A stretch of 20,000 bases of DNA. Source: Kiritimatiellia bacterium (GTDB lineage Bacteria; Verrucomicrobiota; Kiritimatiellia; RFP12; JBMNHG01). How positions within the stretch are numbered: position 1 is the stretch's first letter; the number at the start of each line of letters is the position of its first letter. A program made the position numbers and the translations under genes. Of this stretch, positions 1 through 8,286 are shown piece by piece. Where the stretch lies: the NCBI GenBank assembly GCA_050950285.1, contig JBMNHG010000002.1, forward strand, positions 484,654 through 504,653, written 5' to 3'. The notes beneath the pieces are model-generated. The model made no database searches and was not told the DNA's origin. It saw only the letters and a program-made list of their open reading frames with translations.

Positions 1-223
1 GCACAAGGCCCACGACCATGTAGAAGGTGGTGGTCTTCCCCGCGCCGTTCGGTCCCAGGATGCCGATGATTTCGCCGCATCGCGCACGGATGCTCACGCC
101 GTTCACCACCGTTCGGCCCCGGTAGCGCTTGACCAGCCCTTCCGCCTCGAGATCGAAGGGGGCGTCGGACGGAAGGGGCGGGGCGGACGCTGCCGGATTG
201 GGAAGGACGGCGGATTCGGTCAT
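1..223 (-). CDS. lptB: LPS export ABC transporter ATP-binding protein (5' part; runs off window)
   Basis: Not in the ORF track. Manual translation from ATG at 223: MTESAVLP...[50 protein letters not shown], with Walker A plus the LptB-typical TTTFYMxVG. ATGA overlap with the lptA stop. Confidence 0.93.
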   Translation of the reverse strand, partial: MTESAVLPNPAASAPPLPSDAPFDLEAEGLVKRYRGRTVVNGVSIRARCGEIIGILGPNGAGKTTTFYMVVGLV

Positions 224-705
224 GGCTTGGGATCCTTTTTGACGCTGGGGAGCACCACGCGGGCGGGATAGCACTCCATGCGCTCGTCGTTCACCCAGAT
301 GGTGATTTGCTTGCCCCAGATTTTGTCGTCGCCCCGGCGCAGCATGGCGTCGTTCCCCGTCAACACGATCTTGCCGTCCGCGTGCGTGTAGACCGCCTGA
401 GAACAGGTGGCGGATCGATCCTCGCTCGTCATCTCCACGTTGCCCATGGCGCGTACCATTTTCACGTCGTTGGTTCCGTCGAGGAAGACCAGCACGCGGT
501 CGGCCGTGATCTCGAAATCCGGATCCTTCACGTGCACGTTCTCTTCGAAAAGGATGACCGATTCGTTGTATTCGAACTCGAGACGGTCGGAGGTGATGAC
601 GGTCTCGCCCGGCCGGGGCTCCGCGGCCCGGGCGGCAGGCGCCGCCACGGCCACGCAGGCCGCGATGCAGCAGGAGAGGAGAAAGGGGCGTGTCGGATGG
701 TTCAT
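220..705 (-). CDS. lptA: LptA/OstA-family periplasmic LPS transport protein
   Basis: C-terminal 161 aa of track ORF 220..1200, from [10 protein letters not shown]. Signal peptide, then beta-jellyroll motifs ([42 protein letters not shown]). ATGA overlaps on both sides. Confidence 0.88.
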   Translation of the reverse strand: MNHPTRPFLLSCCIAACVAVAAPAARAAEPRPGETVITSDRLEFEYNESVILFEENVHVKDPDFEITADRVLVFLDGTNDVKMVRAMGNVEMTSEDRSATCSQAVYTHADGKIVLTGNDAMLRRGDDKIWGKQITIWVNDERMECYPARVVLPSVKKDPKP

Positions 706-1259
706 AGGAGGAATCCCATGTCGGGGACGATTTTGTTCGAATAGAGGACGACCGCGTCGGAGAGGATCTTCACGGTTTGTTCCTTGACCAGCCAGATCAT
801 GCCCCTGCCTTCGATCTGCACGCTCTTGCGCAGGGCCCGGACCTTCCCCTCGCAGTAGCCGCGCTGGATCCGGTGGTCGTACAGGAAATTGCCGGCGATG
901 AGAAGGCTCTCGAGTGCGCCCCCCTCGTCGTAAAGTTCCACGACGAGCCCGTGCCCCGACACGATGCCTTCCGCCGGAATCTTCGCTTCCTCGGCATGGA
1001 GCAGGACCTTGATGCGTCCGCTCGGATGGCTTGCCAGCGGCAACGTGAAGTTGAGGATGGGAGTGGCTTCGCTGTCCGCCGCCTTCCGCCAGGCATCGAA
1101 GAGTTCCGCGTCGGGCGGCTCGGAAGACGGGGTGGCGGGCTGCCCGCCGACGCGCTCCTCCCGGCCCGCCGCTTCGGCTTCGGCGCATACGCCCCCGCAC
1201 GCGAACGCCAAACAGGCGAACGACGCCAGGATCAGGCCGCTCTGGGAAAAGCTGTTCAT
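702..1259 (-). CDS. lptC: Probable LptC-like LPS export periplasmic protein
   Basis: N-terminal hydrophobic segment, beta-rich C-terminus (IEGRGMIW...VKILSDAVV), and position immediately upstream of lptA-lptB with ATGA coupling. Confidence 0.65.
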   Translation of the reverse strand: MNSFSQSGLILASFACLAFACGGVCAEAEAAGREERVGGQPATPSSEPPDAELFDAWRKAADSEATPILNFTLPLASHPSGRIKVLLHAEEAKIPAEGIVSGHGLVVELYDEGGALESLLIAGNFLYDHRIQRGYCEGKVRALRKSVQIEGRGMIWLVKEQTVKILSDAVVLYSNKIVPDMGFLL

Positions 1260-1280
1260 GAAGCAGTGGAATTCACGGAC

Positions 1281-1309
1281 AGCATATCCGAAAGAAGCCT
1301 CCGATTCAA
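1281..1309 (-). promoter_or_regulatory. Sigma70-like promoter for lptCAB
   Basis: Minus strand TTGAAT (1309-1304), 17 bp, TATGCT (1286-1281), in an AT-richer intergenic region. Confidence 0.6.
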
Positions 1310-1359
1310 TGGAATTCAGGGGTGGAGTTGCGCCTGGCGCCGCCGAAACGAGGTCGGGA

Positions 1360-1388
1360 TTGCGGAACGCGGATGGAAGTGCTATCGT
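1360..1388 (+). promoter_or_regulatory. Sigma70-like extended -10 promoter for folC
   Basis: TTGCGG (1360-1365), 17 bp, TATCGT (1383-1388) preceded by TGn; 8 nt before ATG 1397. Confidence 0.5.
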
Positions 1389-1396
1389 TCCGCACC

Positions 1397-2725
1397 ATGC
1401 TGCAAGAGCGACTCGAAAAGCTGTTTGAACGCAGGCGATTCGGCATGCGTCCGGGACTGGAGCGCATCCAGGCCCTCCTGGACGCGCTTGGAAATCCCGA
1501 ACGCGCCTTCGTCGCCGTGCATGTGGCCGGCACGAACGGGAAGGGCTCCGTGGCCACGCTCGTGGCCTCCGCGCTCGACGCCGCCGGCTTCGGGACAGGC
1601 CGCTTCACCTCCCCGCATCTCCGAACCTTCCATGAACGCATCGTCCTCCGCGGGCAGCCCATCTCCGACGCCGGCCTGGAGTCCGCGCTGGATCGCGTCG
1701 AGACCGCCGCCTCCACCCTTCCCCGCGACCTGGGCGAGCCGACCTTCTTCGAGATGGCCACGGCCGCCGCCTTCGAGGCCTTCCGCGCCGCGGGAATCCG
1801 CCTCGCCGTGGTCGAGACGGGGCTCGGCGGCCGTCTTGACGCGACAAACGTGCTCGTCCCGCTCGTTTCCGTCATCACGCAAATCGGCCTGGAGCACTGC
1901 GACATCCTCGGCGACACCCTCGCCGCCATCGCCCGCGAGAAGGGCGGCATCATCAAGCCCGGGCGGCCCGTGGTCGCCGGCGCGATCGAGGAGGAGGCGC
2001 TTGGGGTCCTTTCCGCCCTCGCCCGCGAACGCGGCGCGCCGTTCATCGACTCGTCCGCCGCCGCCGCCGAAATCCTCGCATCGGATCTGGATGGCCTCGC
2101 CGTGCGTCTTTCCTCGACGCAACGGGACCTCGGCAAGGTGCGGCTCGGGCTCGCCGGAACCTATCAGGCGCAGAACGCGGCCACGGCGCTCGCCACGCTG
2201 GAGACGCTCTCGTCCGAACTCGGCCTGGAGATTCCGGACGCCGCCATCCGCGACGGCTTCGCCGCGGCGCGCTGGCCGGGACGCTTCGACCTCGTGCGGA
2301 CCCATCCGCCCGTGCTCGTGGACGGCGCCCACAATCCGCAAGCCATCCTCGCGCTCCGCCAGTCGCTCAAGGCCACGCGCTTCAAAGGGCCGGTGGCGCT
2401 GGTGACGGGGTTCTGCGCGGACAAGGATGCCGGCGGCGCCGCACGTCTCCTCTCCTCTTTCACGAAGCGCGCATGGGCCGTCCCCGTCCCCTCCCCGCGC
2501 TCCCTCCCCCCCGGGGAAACCGCCGTCCTCCTGCGCGCCGCCGGCGTGGAGACGCACCGGTGCGAACTCCCCGAAGCCCTCGCGGAAGCCGAGTCCTGGG
2601 CGGAGGAGAACCACGGCCTCGTGCTCGTCTGCGGATCGCTCTTCCTTGCAGGACAGGCGCTTTCGCTCCTGCAGGGCGACGGCGCGCCGCCAGACCCTTC
2701 GGAACTCCTCCGCCCGCTTCCGTAA
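1397..2725 (+). CDS. folC: Bifunctional folylpolyglutamate/dihydrofolate synthase
   Basis: VHVAGTNGKGS P-loop, FTSPHL, ERI, TFFE, VETGLGGRLDATN, EKGGIIK, WPGRF, DGAHN, CGSLFLAG. Start set at MLQERL (1397); ATG 1373 is an alternative. Confidence 0.95.
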   Translation: MLQERLEKLFERRRFGMRPGLERIQALLDALGNPERAFVAVHVAGTNGKGSVATLVASALDAAGFGTGRFTSPHLRTFHERIVLRGQPISDAGLESALDRVETAASTLPRDLGEPTFFEMATAAAFEAFRAAGIRLAVVETGLGGRLDATNVLVPLVSVITQIGLEHCDILGDTLAAIAREKGGIIKPGRPVVAGAIEEEALGVLSALARERGAPFIDSSAAAAEILASDLDGLAVRLSSTQRDLGKVRLGLAGTYQAQNAATALATLETLSSELGLEIPDAAIRDGFAAARWPGRFDLVRTHPPVLVDGAHNPQAILALRQSLKATRFKGPVALVTGFCADKDAGGAARLLSSFTKRAWAVPVPSPRSLPPGETAVLLRAAGVETHRCELPEALAEAESWAEENHGLVLVCGSLFLAGQALSLLQGDGAPPDPSELLRPLP

Positions 2726-2775
2726 CTTCCCGGAAACGAGCCTCCCGCGAAACCAGCGTCACGGCGCAGGCGCCC

Positions 2776-2812
2776 GGAAGTCCAATCCGCCGCCGCGGTC
2801 CTTTGGACTTCC
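2776..2812. repeat. Perfect 10-bp inverted repeat / stem-loop downstream of folC
   Basis: GGAAGTCCAA (2776-2785), 17 nt, TTGGACTTCC (2803-2812), with an inner CCGC/GCGG stem. No U-tract. Confidence 0.6.
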
Positions 2813-2870
2813 CCGCCCTTCCCCAGGATGGTATGGTAGAAGAATCCTCGTTCATCCGTCTTCTTGGAGG
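2809..2870 (+). promoter_or_regulatory. Possible extended -10 promoter and SD for the acetylesterase
   Basis: Weak -35 TTCCCC (2809-2814), 17 bp, TGn-TATGGT (2832-2837). GGAGG at 2866-2870, 6 nt before ATG 2877. Confidence 0.4.
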
Positions 2871-2876
2871 TTTCCG

Positions 2877-4457
2877 ATGAAACACCCCTTTCTTCTCCCG
2901 CTCGCCGCAACTGCCGCCCTGGCCGCGTTCCCGGCCCTGGCCGACGTGAAGCTCCCCATGGTCTTCGCCGACCACGCCGTCCTCCAGCGCGACAAGCCCA
3001 TCGTGGTCTGGGGCTGGGCCGAACCCGGCGAGGAGGTCGCCGTCTCCTTCGCCGATGCGAGCGCGGAGGCCGTCGCGGACGCCAACGGCGAATGGCAGGT
3101 TTCCCTGCCTTCCCTGCCCGCTTCGAAAGAGGGGCGCGCGATGACCGTGAAGGGCCAGAACGAAATCGTCCTCGAGGATCTGCTCGTGGGCGATGTCTGG
3201 ATCTGCTCCGGACAGTCGAACATGGAAATGAACATGGGCGGGGTGAGCGATCGCGCGGTCGCCGTCGAAGAATCAAAGGCCGTTCCCTTCATCCGCCACA
3301 TGAAGATCGTCGGCGAGGGCGTCTCCGGCCCGACACGCGATACGGTCGGCACGAAGTGGCAGGTCTGTTCCCCGTCCTCGCTCAACGGATTCACCGCCAC
3401 CGGCTACTTCTTCGCCTACGAGCTCGCGACGGCGCTCGACATCCCCATCGGCCTCGTCAACAACAGCTGGAGCGGCCAGAAGATCGAGCCCTTCACCTCG
3501 CCGGAGGCCTTCTACGCCGAACCCGGACTCGAAGCGATCGCGGACGCCGTGCGTGGCCTCGACCCTGCCACCGACGCAGGCAAGGCCGCGAACGAGAAGG
3601 CCCTTTCCGCCTTCCGCGCCTGGCTTGCCGGCGCGGAAGAGGCGGTCGCCGCCGGACAGCGCCCCACCCCCTCCCCGAAGATGCCGATGGTCAGTTCCCA
3701 CAACTGGCCCTGTTCCGCCTATTTCAACCGCGTGCACCCCATCACGCGCTTCGCCGTGAAGGGCGCCATCTGGTATCAAGGCTGCTCGAACGGCGGCGAC
3801 GGCGACATCTACGTCCACAAGATGCACGCCCTCATCGACGGCTGGCGCAAGGCGTGGGGCTACGACTTCCCCTTCTACTTCGTGCAGCTCGCCAACCACC
3901 AGAACGCCACCGACGACCCCGCCGGCGGCAACGGATGGGCCCGCCTGCGCGACGCGCAGCGGAAGTCCCTCGCCATCCCCGATACCGGCATGGCCGTGGC
4001 CATCGACATCGGCGAGGCCAGGGACATCCATCCCCGGAACAAGCGCGACGTCGGCCGGCGCCTCTCCCTCTGGGCGCTCGCGAAGACCTACGGGCACGAC
4101 GACCTCGTCTACTCCGGCCCGCTCTTCAAGGAGGTCGTCCCCGAGGAAGGTCGCATCCGCGTCCTCTTCGAAGACTTCTCCGTGGGCTCCGGCTTGATGG
4201 CGGGCGTGAAGAATGGGACGAACCCCGCGGAGGAGGATCCCGAGGGCGTGATCAAGGGCTTCGCCATCGCGGGCGAGGACAGGCAGTGGGCCTGGGCCGA
4301 CGCCGCGATCGATGGCGACGCCATCGTCCTCGCCTCCCCCGACGTCCCCTCCCCCGTGGCCGTCCGATACGCCTTCCGGCAGAACCCCGAAGGCCGGTGC
4401 AACCTCTACAACCGCGAAGGCCTCCCCGCCTCGCCGTTCCGTTCGGATTCCTGGTAG
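2877..4457 (+). CDS. Secreted sialate O-acetylesterase-like carbohydrate esterase (SASA/SGNH family)
   Basis: Signal peptide MKHPFLLPLAATAALAAFPALA; FADHAVLQRDKPIVVWG; GDVWICSGQSNM (catalytic Ser); WYQGCSN; FYFVQLA; DIHP (Asp/His); PVAVRYA. SD GGAGG upstream. Confidence 0.9.
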   Translation: MKHPFLLPLAATAALAAFPALADVKLPMVFADHAVLQRDKPIVVWGWAEPGEEVAVSFADASAEAVADANGEWQVSLPSLPASKEGRAMTVKGQNEIVLEDLLVGDVWICSGQSNMEMNMGGVSDRAVAVEESKAVPFIRHMKIVGEGVSGPTRDTVGTKWQVCSPSSLNGFTATGYFFAYELATALDIPIGLVNNSWSGQKIEPFTSPEAFYAEPGLEAIADAVRGLDPATDAGKAANEKALSAFRAWLAGAEEAVAAGQRPTPSPKMPMVSSHNWPCSAYFNRVHPITRFAVKGAIWYQGCSNGGDGDIYVHKMHALIDGWRKAWGYDFPFYFVQLANHQNATDDPAGGNGWARLRDAQRKSLAIPDTGMAVAIDIGEARDIHPRNKRDVGRRLSLWALAKTYGHDDLVYSGPLFKEVVPEEGRIRVLFEDFSVGSGLMAGVKNGTNPAEEDPEGVIKGFAIAGEDRQWAWADAAIDGDAIVLASPDVPSPVAVRYAFRQNPEGRCNLYNREGLPASPFRSDSW

Positions 4458-4494
4458 ACGCCCCGGGCGGCGCAACGGCAGACCATACCCCCGC

Positions 4495-5046
4495 ATGAAA
4501 CGCGAAAAGATCATCGGCTTCCTCCTGGCCGCAGGCTTCCTGGCCTTCGCGGGGGTGGTGGTTTTCGTCTCGCAGGGATGCGCCACCGCCCGAATCCGCC
4601 CGCCCGCAGGCCGCTCCCACATCGAGGTGAAGATGAGGGTCACCGGCTACTGCAACTGCGGAAAGTGTTGCTCCTGGTATCGCAACTGGTACGGACGCCC
4701 CATCTTCGAGAACGGCCCGAACAAGGGGAAGCGCAAGGAAATCGGCATCACCGCCAGCGGCAGCCGCGCCGGCTGGGGCACCGCCGCCGCCGACCCGAAC
4801 CGCTACCCCTTCGGCACCATCTTCCACGTGCCGGGCTACGGCTACGCACGCGTGGAGGACACCGGCGGCTCCATCCGAAACAACCACATCGACCTTTGGT
4901 TCCCCTCCCACCAGCGCGCCCAGGCCTGGGGATCCAAAAAACTCGCCGTGAAGGTCTGGCTTCCCCCCGGCACGTCCAAACCCGGCGACCCGGCGCAGGC
5001 CGCCACGAAGCCCGTCCCGCCCAAACCCGGGACCCGCACCCGGTAG
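4495..5046 (+). CDS. 3D-domain (MltA-related) cell-wall protein, membrane-anchored or lipoprotein
   Basis: Hydrophobic N-terminus ending SQGC; VTGYCNCGKCC; GITASG; AAADPNRYPFGT...VEDTGGSIRNNHIDLWF, giving the three conserved Asp of the 3D domain. Confidence 0.85.
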   Translation: MKREKIIGFLLAAGFLAFAGVVVFVSQGCATARIRPPAGRSHIEVKMRVTGYCNCGKCCSWYRNWYGRPIFENGPNKGKRKEIGITASGSRAGWGTAAADPNRYPFGTIFHVPGYGYARVEDTGGSIRNNHIDLWFPSHQRAQAWGSKKLAVKVWLPPGTSKPGDPAQAATKPVPPKPGTRTR

Positions 5047-5199
5047 AGGCCGCCGGGTCCGCCGGAATCACGCACCGGAAGCCCTGCGGGCCCTTCGACG
5101 CTGTTTCGGCCGGAACGCGCGTCCAGCGTGCGCGCCGGTTCCACGGGACGACGCCCCCTCTCGTTCAACCCCACCCCAACCCGAACCCGAAAGCTCCCC

Positions 5200-6231
5200 A
5201 TGCTCGCAGCCGTCCTCCATGATTTCAACGACCTCCGCCTGGACCAGGTTCCCGACCCCGTCGCCGGACAAGGCGAAGTGGTCATCCGCATACGGGCCTG
5301 CGGCATCTGCGCCACCGACTACAAGGCCGTGCGCGGAATCCGCCGCAACGTGACCTTCCCCTGCATCGCCGGGCACGAGGCCTCCGGCGTCATCGAATCG
5401 ATCGGCCCGGGCGTCGAAGGATTGCATGTCGGCGACGAGGTGATTGCCCAGCCCTCCGGCTATTGCGGCATCTGCCGCTTCTGCCGCATGGGCCTCCAGC
5501 ACTACTGCGAGCACGCCTTCACCACGGGCGGCGATGGCCCGGACGACGTCTGGCCCGGCGCCTTCGCCGAACTCATGCGCACGAAGGCCACCTGCTGCTT
5601 CCTCAAGCCGAAGGGGATCTCGTTCGAAGCCGCCGCCCTCGCGGAGCCCCTCTCCGGCGCCTGGAAGGGCGTGATCCAGTACAGCCAGATGCAGCTGTCC
5701 GACGACGTGGCCATCATCGGCGTGGGCGGCATCGGACTTCTCTGCCTGATGGTCGCAAAGGCCGCCGGCGCGGGGCGTCTCGTCGCCATCGACACGAGCG
5801 CCCACGCCCGCGAAAACGCGCTGGCGATGGGCGCCACGCATGTCATCGACCCCGCCGCAGGCGACGTCCGCGAAGCCCTCTACGCCATCCTTCCCGACGG
5901 CCCGGACCTGGTGGTCGAAGCGGCAGGCCCCATCGAGGCCGTGCGGCTCGCCGCGAGCCTGCGACGCCGGGGCACGCGATGGAACGTCTTCGGCATCACC
6001 ACCCACGAGCGCTTCGAACTCGATGGCGGCGAAACGCACTTCCTCGAAGGCCGCATGGACGCCAGCTTCGGCACCACGCCGCTTGCGATGCAGCACGCGA
6101 TCCGCCTCATGGAGCGCGGCCTGGTCGATCCCTCGCGCATCGTCTCCCACCGTTTCGCGCTGGAGGACATCCACCAGGCGATGGACGCCATGGCCACCCC
6201 CGGCCGCAACAAAGTGATGGTGCTGCCATGA
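5200..6231 (+). CDS. Zn-dependent MDR dehydrogenase (polyol/threonine DH-like), two-zinc type
   Basis: CGICATD, GHE, structural-Zn CGICRFC-x7-C, LAEPL, GVGGIG, AIDTS. Confidence 0.92.
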   Translation: MLAAVLHDFNDLRLDQVPDPVAGQGEVVIRIRACGICATDYKAVRGIRRNVTFPCIAGHEASGVIESIGPGVEGLHVGDEVIAQPSGYCGICRFCRMGLQHYCEHAFTTGGDGPDDVWPGAFAELMRTKATCCFLKPKGISFEAAALAEPLSGAWKGVIQYSQMQLSDDVAIIGVGGIGLLCLMVAKAAGAGRLVAIDTSAHARENALAMGATHVIDPAAGDVREALYAILPDGPDLVVEAAGPIEAVRLAASLRRRGTRWNVFGITTHERFELDGGETHFLEGRMDASFGTTPLAMQHAIRLMERGLVDPSRIVSHRFALEDIHQAMDAMATPGRNKVMVLP

Positions 6232-7202
6232 GGGCGCTCGTCAACACCGCCCCGGGCGCGCTGGAACTCCTCGAACGCCCCACCCCCGAACCCGGCCCCG
6301 GCGAAGTCCGCATCCGCACGCTCGCCTGTGGCATCTGCGCCACCGACCTCGAGAGGATCGCGGGCTGGAGCCGCACGCCGTTCCCATCCATCCCGGGCCA
6401 CGAGTGGTGCGGCGTGGTCGACGCGGTCGGTCCGGACGTGGACGCCTCGCTCGTGGGGATGCGCTGCGTGGGCGAGAACGTGCGCCGCGACGGCGGGGAG
6501 GTCGGATTCGAGCATCCCGGCGGCTACGGCGAATTCTTCCTCACCGAACCGCATCTCCTGCTCCCCGTCCCCGGCCACGCCGACCCTGCGGCCGCCACGC
6601 TTCTGGAACCGCTCGCCGTGGCCGTGCGAGGCCTCCGCCGGGCGCGCATCCCGGGCGCTCCCTCCAACGTCCGATCGCCCGCGCTGGTAATCGGCGACGG
6701 CCCCATCGGCCTCCTCCTCGCCATGCTCCTCCATGCGGCGGGCGTGAAAGAGATCGCCCTCGCAGGCGGCCGCCCCGCGCGACTCGCCGCCGGCCGCCGG
6801 CTCGGCGCATCAAAGACCTTCAACTACCACGAGACACCCCTGGGCCGCATCGCCGGCGAATCCGGCTTCATCGCCGAAGCCAGCGGATCCGCCGACGCGC
6901 TGGATGCGGCCGTCGACCTCGCGCCACACGGCGCCCGCATCCTGGTGATTGGCGACTATGGCCCCGCCTGCGCCCGCTTCGCGTGGAACACCGTGCTCCA
7001 CAAGGAACTGGAACTCGTCGGCAGCAACGCCAGCCATGGCGCCTGGACCGAAGCGGTGCGCCTCGCCTTCGACGCGGAACCCCCGCTCCCGCTCGCCCGC
7101 CTCGTAACGCACGTCTTCCCGGTGGATGAGTTCGAAGCCGCCTTCGACACGGCCCGCCATGTGCGGGAAGCCATCAAGGTCGTGCTGGCATGGGAGTCCT
7201 GA
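6228..7202 (+). CDS. Zn-dependent MDR dehydrogenase lacking the structural-zinc lobe
   Basis: C-terminal part of track ORF 5463..7202, from MRALVNT. CGICATD, PGHEWCG, LLEPLA, GDGPIG. ATGA overlap with the upstream MDR. Confidence 0.88.
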   Translation: MRALVNTAPGALELLERPTPEPGPGEVRIRTLACGICATDLERIAGWSRTPFPSIPGHEWCGVVDAVGPDVDASLVGMRCVGENVRRDGGEVGFEHPGGYGEFFLTEPHLLLPVPGHADPAAATLLEPLAVAVRGLRRARIPGAPSNVRSPALVIGDGPIGLLLAMLLHAAGVKEIALAGGRPARLAAGRRLGASKTFNYHETPLGRIAGESGFIAEASGSADALDAAVDLAPHGARILVIGDYGPACARFAWNTVLHKELELVGSNASHGAWTEAVRLAFDAEPPLPLARLVTHVFPVDEFEAAFDTARHVREAIKVVLAWES

Positions 7203-7209
7203 CACGGCC

Positions 7210-8286
7210 ATGAAACCTCTTTCCATCGCCGTCGCCTGCGGCGGAACGGGCGGACACATCTTCCCCGGCCTCGCCACCGCGAACGTTCTCCGCGCCCGAG
7301 GGCATGCCGTCGAAGTCTGGCTCTCCGGCCGCGACATCGAATCCCGCGCCCTGGAATCGTGGGACGGCCCCGTCTTCCACACCGGCGCCCGCCCGCTCGT
7401 CCGCAGCCAGCTGGGGCGCCTCCCCGGAAGCGTCGCCCGCTGCTGGCTCCGGATGGGCGCATCGCGCCCCGACGCCCTCCTCGCCATGGGAAGCTACGCA
7501 AGCGTCCCGCCTGGCTGGGCGGCGCGCCTCCGCCGCGTGCCCATCGTCCTCCACGAGGCCAACGCCGTCGCCGGCAAGGCCACCGACCATTTCGCGCCGT
7601 CCGCCGCCGCCATCGCATGGAGCTTCGGCGCCCCGCCCGCCCGCTACGGCGCGAAAGGCGTCCGGACCGGCCTCCCCGTCCGCACGGAACTCGCAGGACG
7701 CCCCCCGCTCCCCGGATTCGAGCCGGATGGGGACGCCTTCACCCTGTTCGTCACCGGCGGCAGCCAGGGATGCCGCTTCCTGAACGAAACCGTCCCCGCA
7801 GCCTGCATGCTCCTCGCGGCGCAACGCGGAGCTCGGCTCCGCGTGATCCACCAAACCGGCGCCGCCGACGAGACGGCCGTCCGGACGCACTACGCCTCCG
7901 GGGGAATCCCCGCCCTCGTCTCCGCCTTCATCGACGACATGGGAGGCGCCTTCGCCGCCGCAGAGGCCGTCGTCTGCCGGGCGGGAGCCGCCACCTGCGC
8001 GGAACTCGCCCTCTGCGGGAAGCCCGCGCTGCTCGTCCCGCTTCCCTCCGCCGTCCGAGACCACCAGCGCCTCAACGCCCGCTCCTTCGCCGAGGCAGGC
8101 GCCGCGCTTTGCCTGGAGCAGTCCTCGCTCGCTCCCGAGGCGCTGGCCGGCCACCTGGCCGACCTGCGGGACAATCCGGCGCGACGGCAGTCCATGCGGT
8201 CCGCGATGAAGTCCTTCGCCGCGCCGGACGCCGCCGACCGCCTGGCCGACGTCGTGGAGAAGGTCGCACGGGGGGACGGCCCGTGA
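7210..8286 (+). CDS. murG: Lipid II GlcNAc transferase (GT28)
   Basis: GGTGGHIFPG, HEANAVAG, TGLPVR, GGSQG, FIDDM, RAGAATCAE, DHQRLNA. Confidence 0.9.
   Translation: MKPLSIAVACGGTGGHIFPGLATANVLRARGHAVEVWLSGRDIESRALESWDGPVFHTGARPLVRSQLGRLPGSVARCWLRMGASRPDALLAMGSYASVPPGWAARLRRVPIVLHEANAVAGKATDHFAPSAAAIAWSFGAPPARYGAKGVRTGLPVRTELAGRPPLPGFEPDGDAFTLFVTGGSQGCRFLNETVPAACMLLAAQRGARLRVIHQTGAADETAVRTHYASGGIPALVSAFIDDMGGAFAAAEAVVCRAGAATCAELALCGKPALLVPLPSAVRDHQRLNARSFAEAGAALCLEQSSLAPEALAGHLADLRDNPARRQSMRSAMKSFAAPDAADRLADVVEKVARGDGP

Noticed and set aside
3769..3792. WYQGCSN instead of the more usual WYQGESN in the esterase
   Set aside because: The catalytic Ser (GQSNM) and DxH are intact, and I recall this variant in other SASA homologues. 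It is not evidence of inactivation or novelty.
5047..5199. GC-rich leader with possible hairpins and CCCCAAC/CCCGAA short repeats before MDR1, considered as a riboswitch
   Set aside because: No recognisable riboswitch consensus or terminator, and this much pairing is expected at this GC level. An Rfam/Infernal search would settle it.
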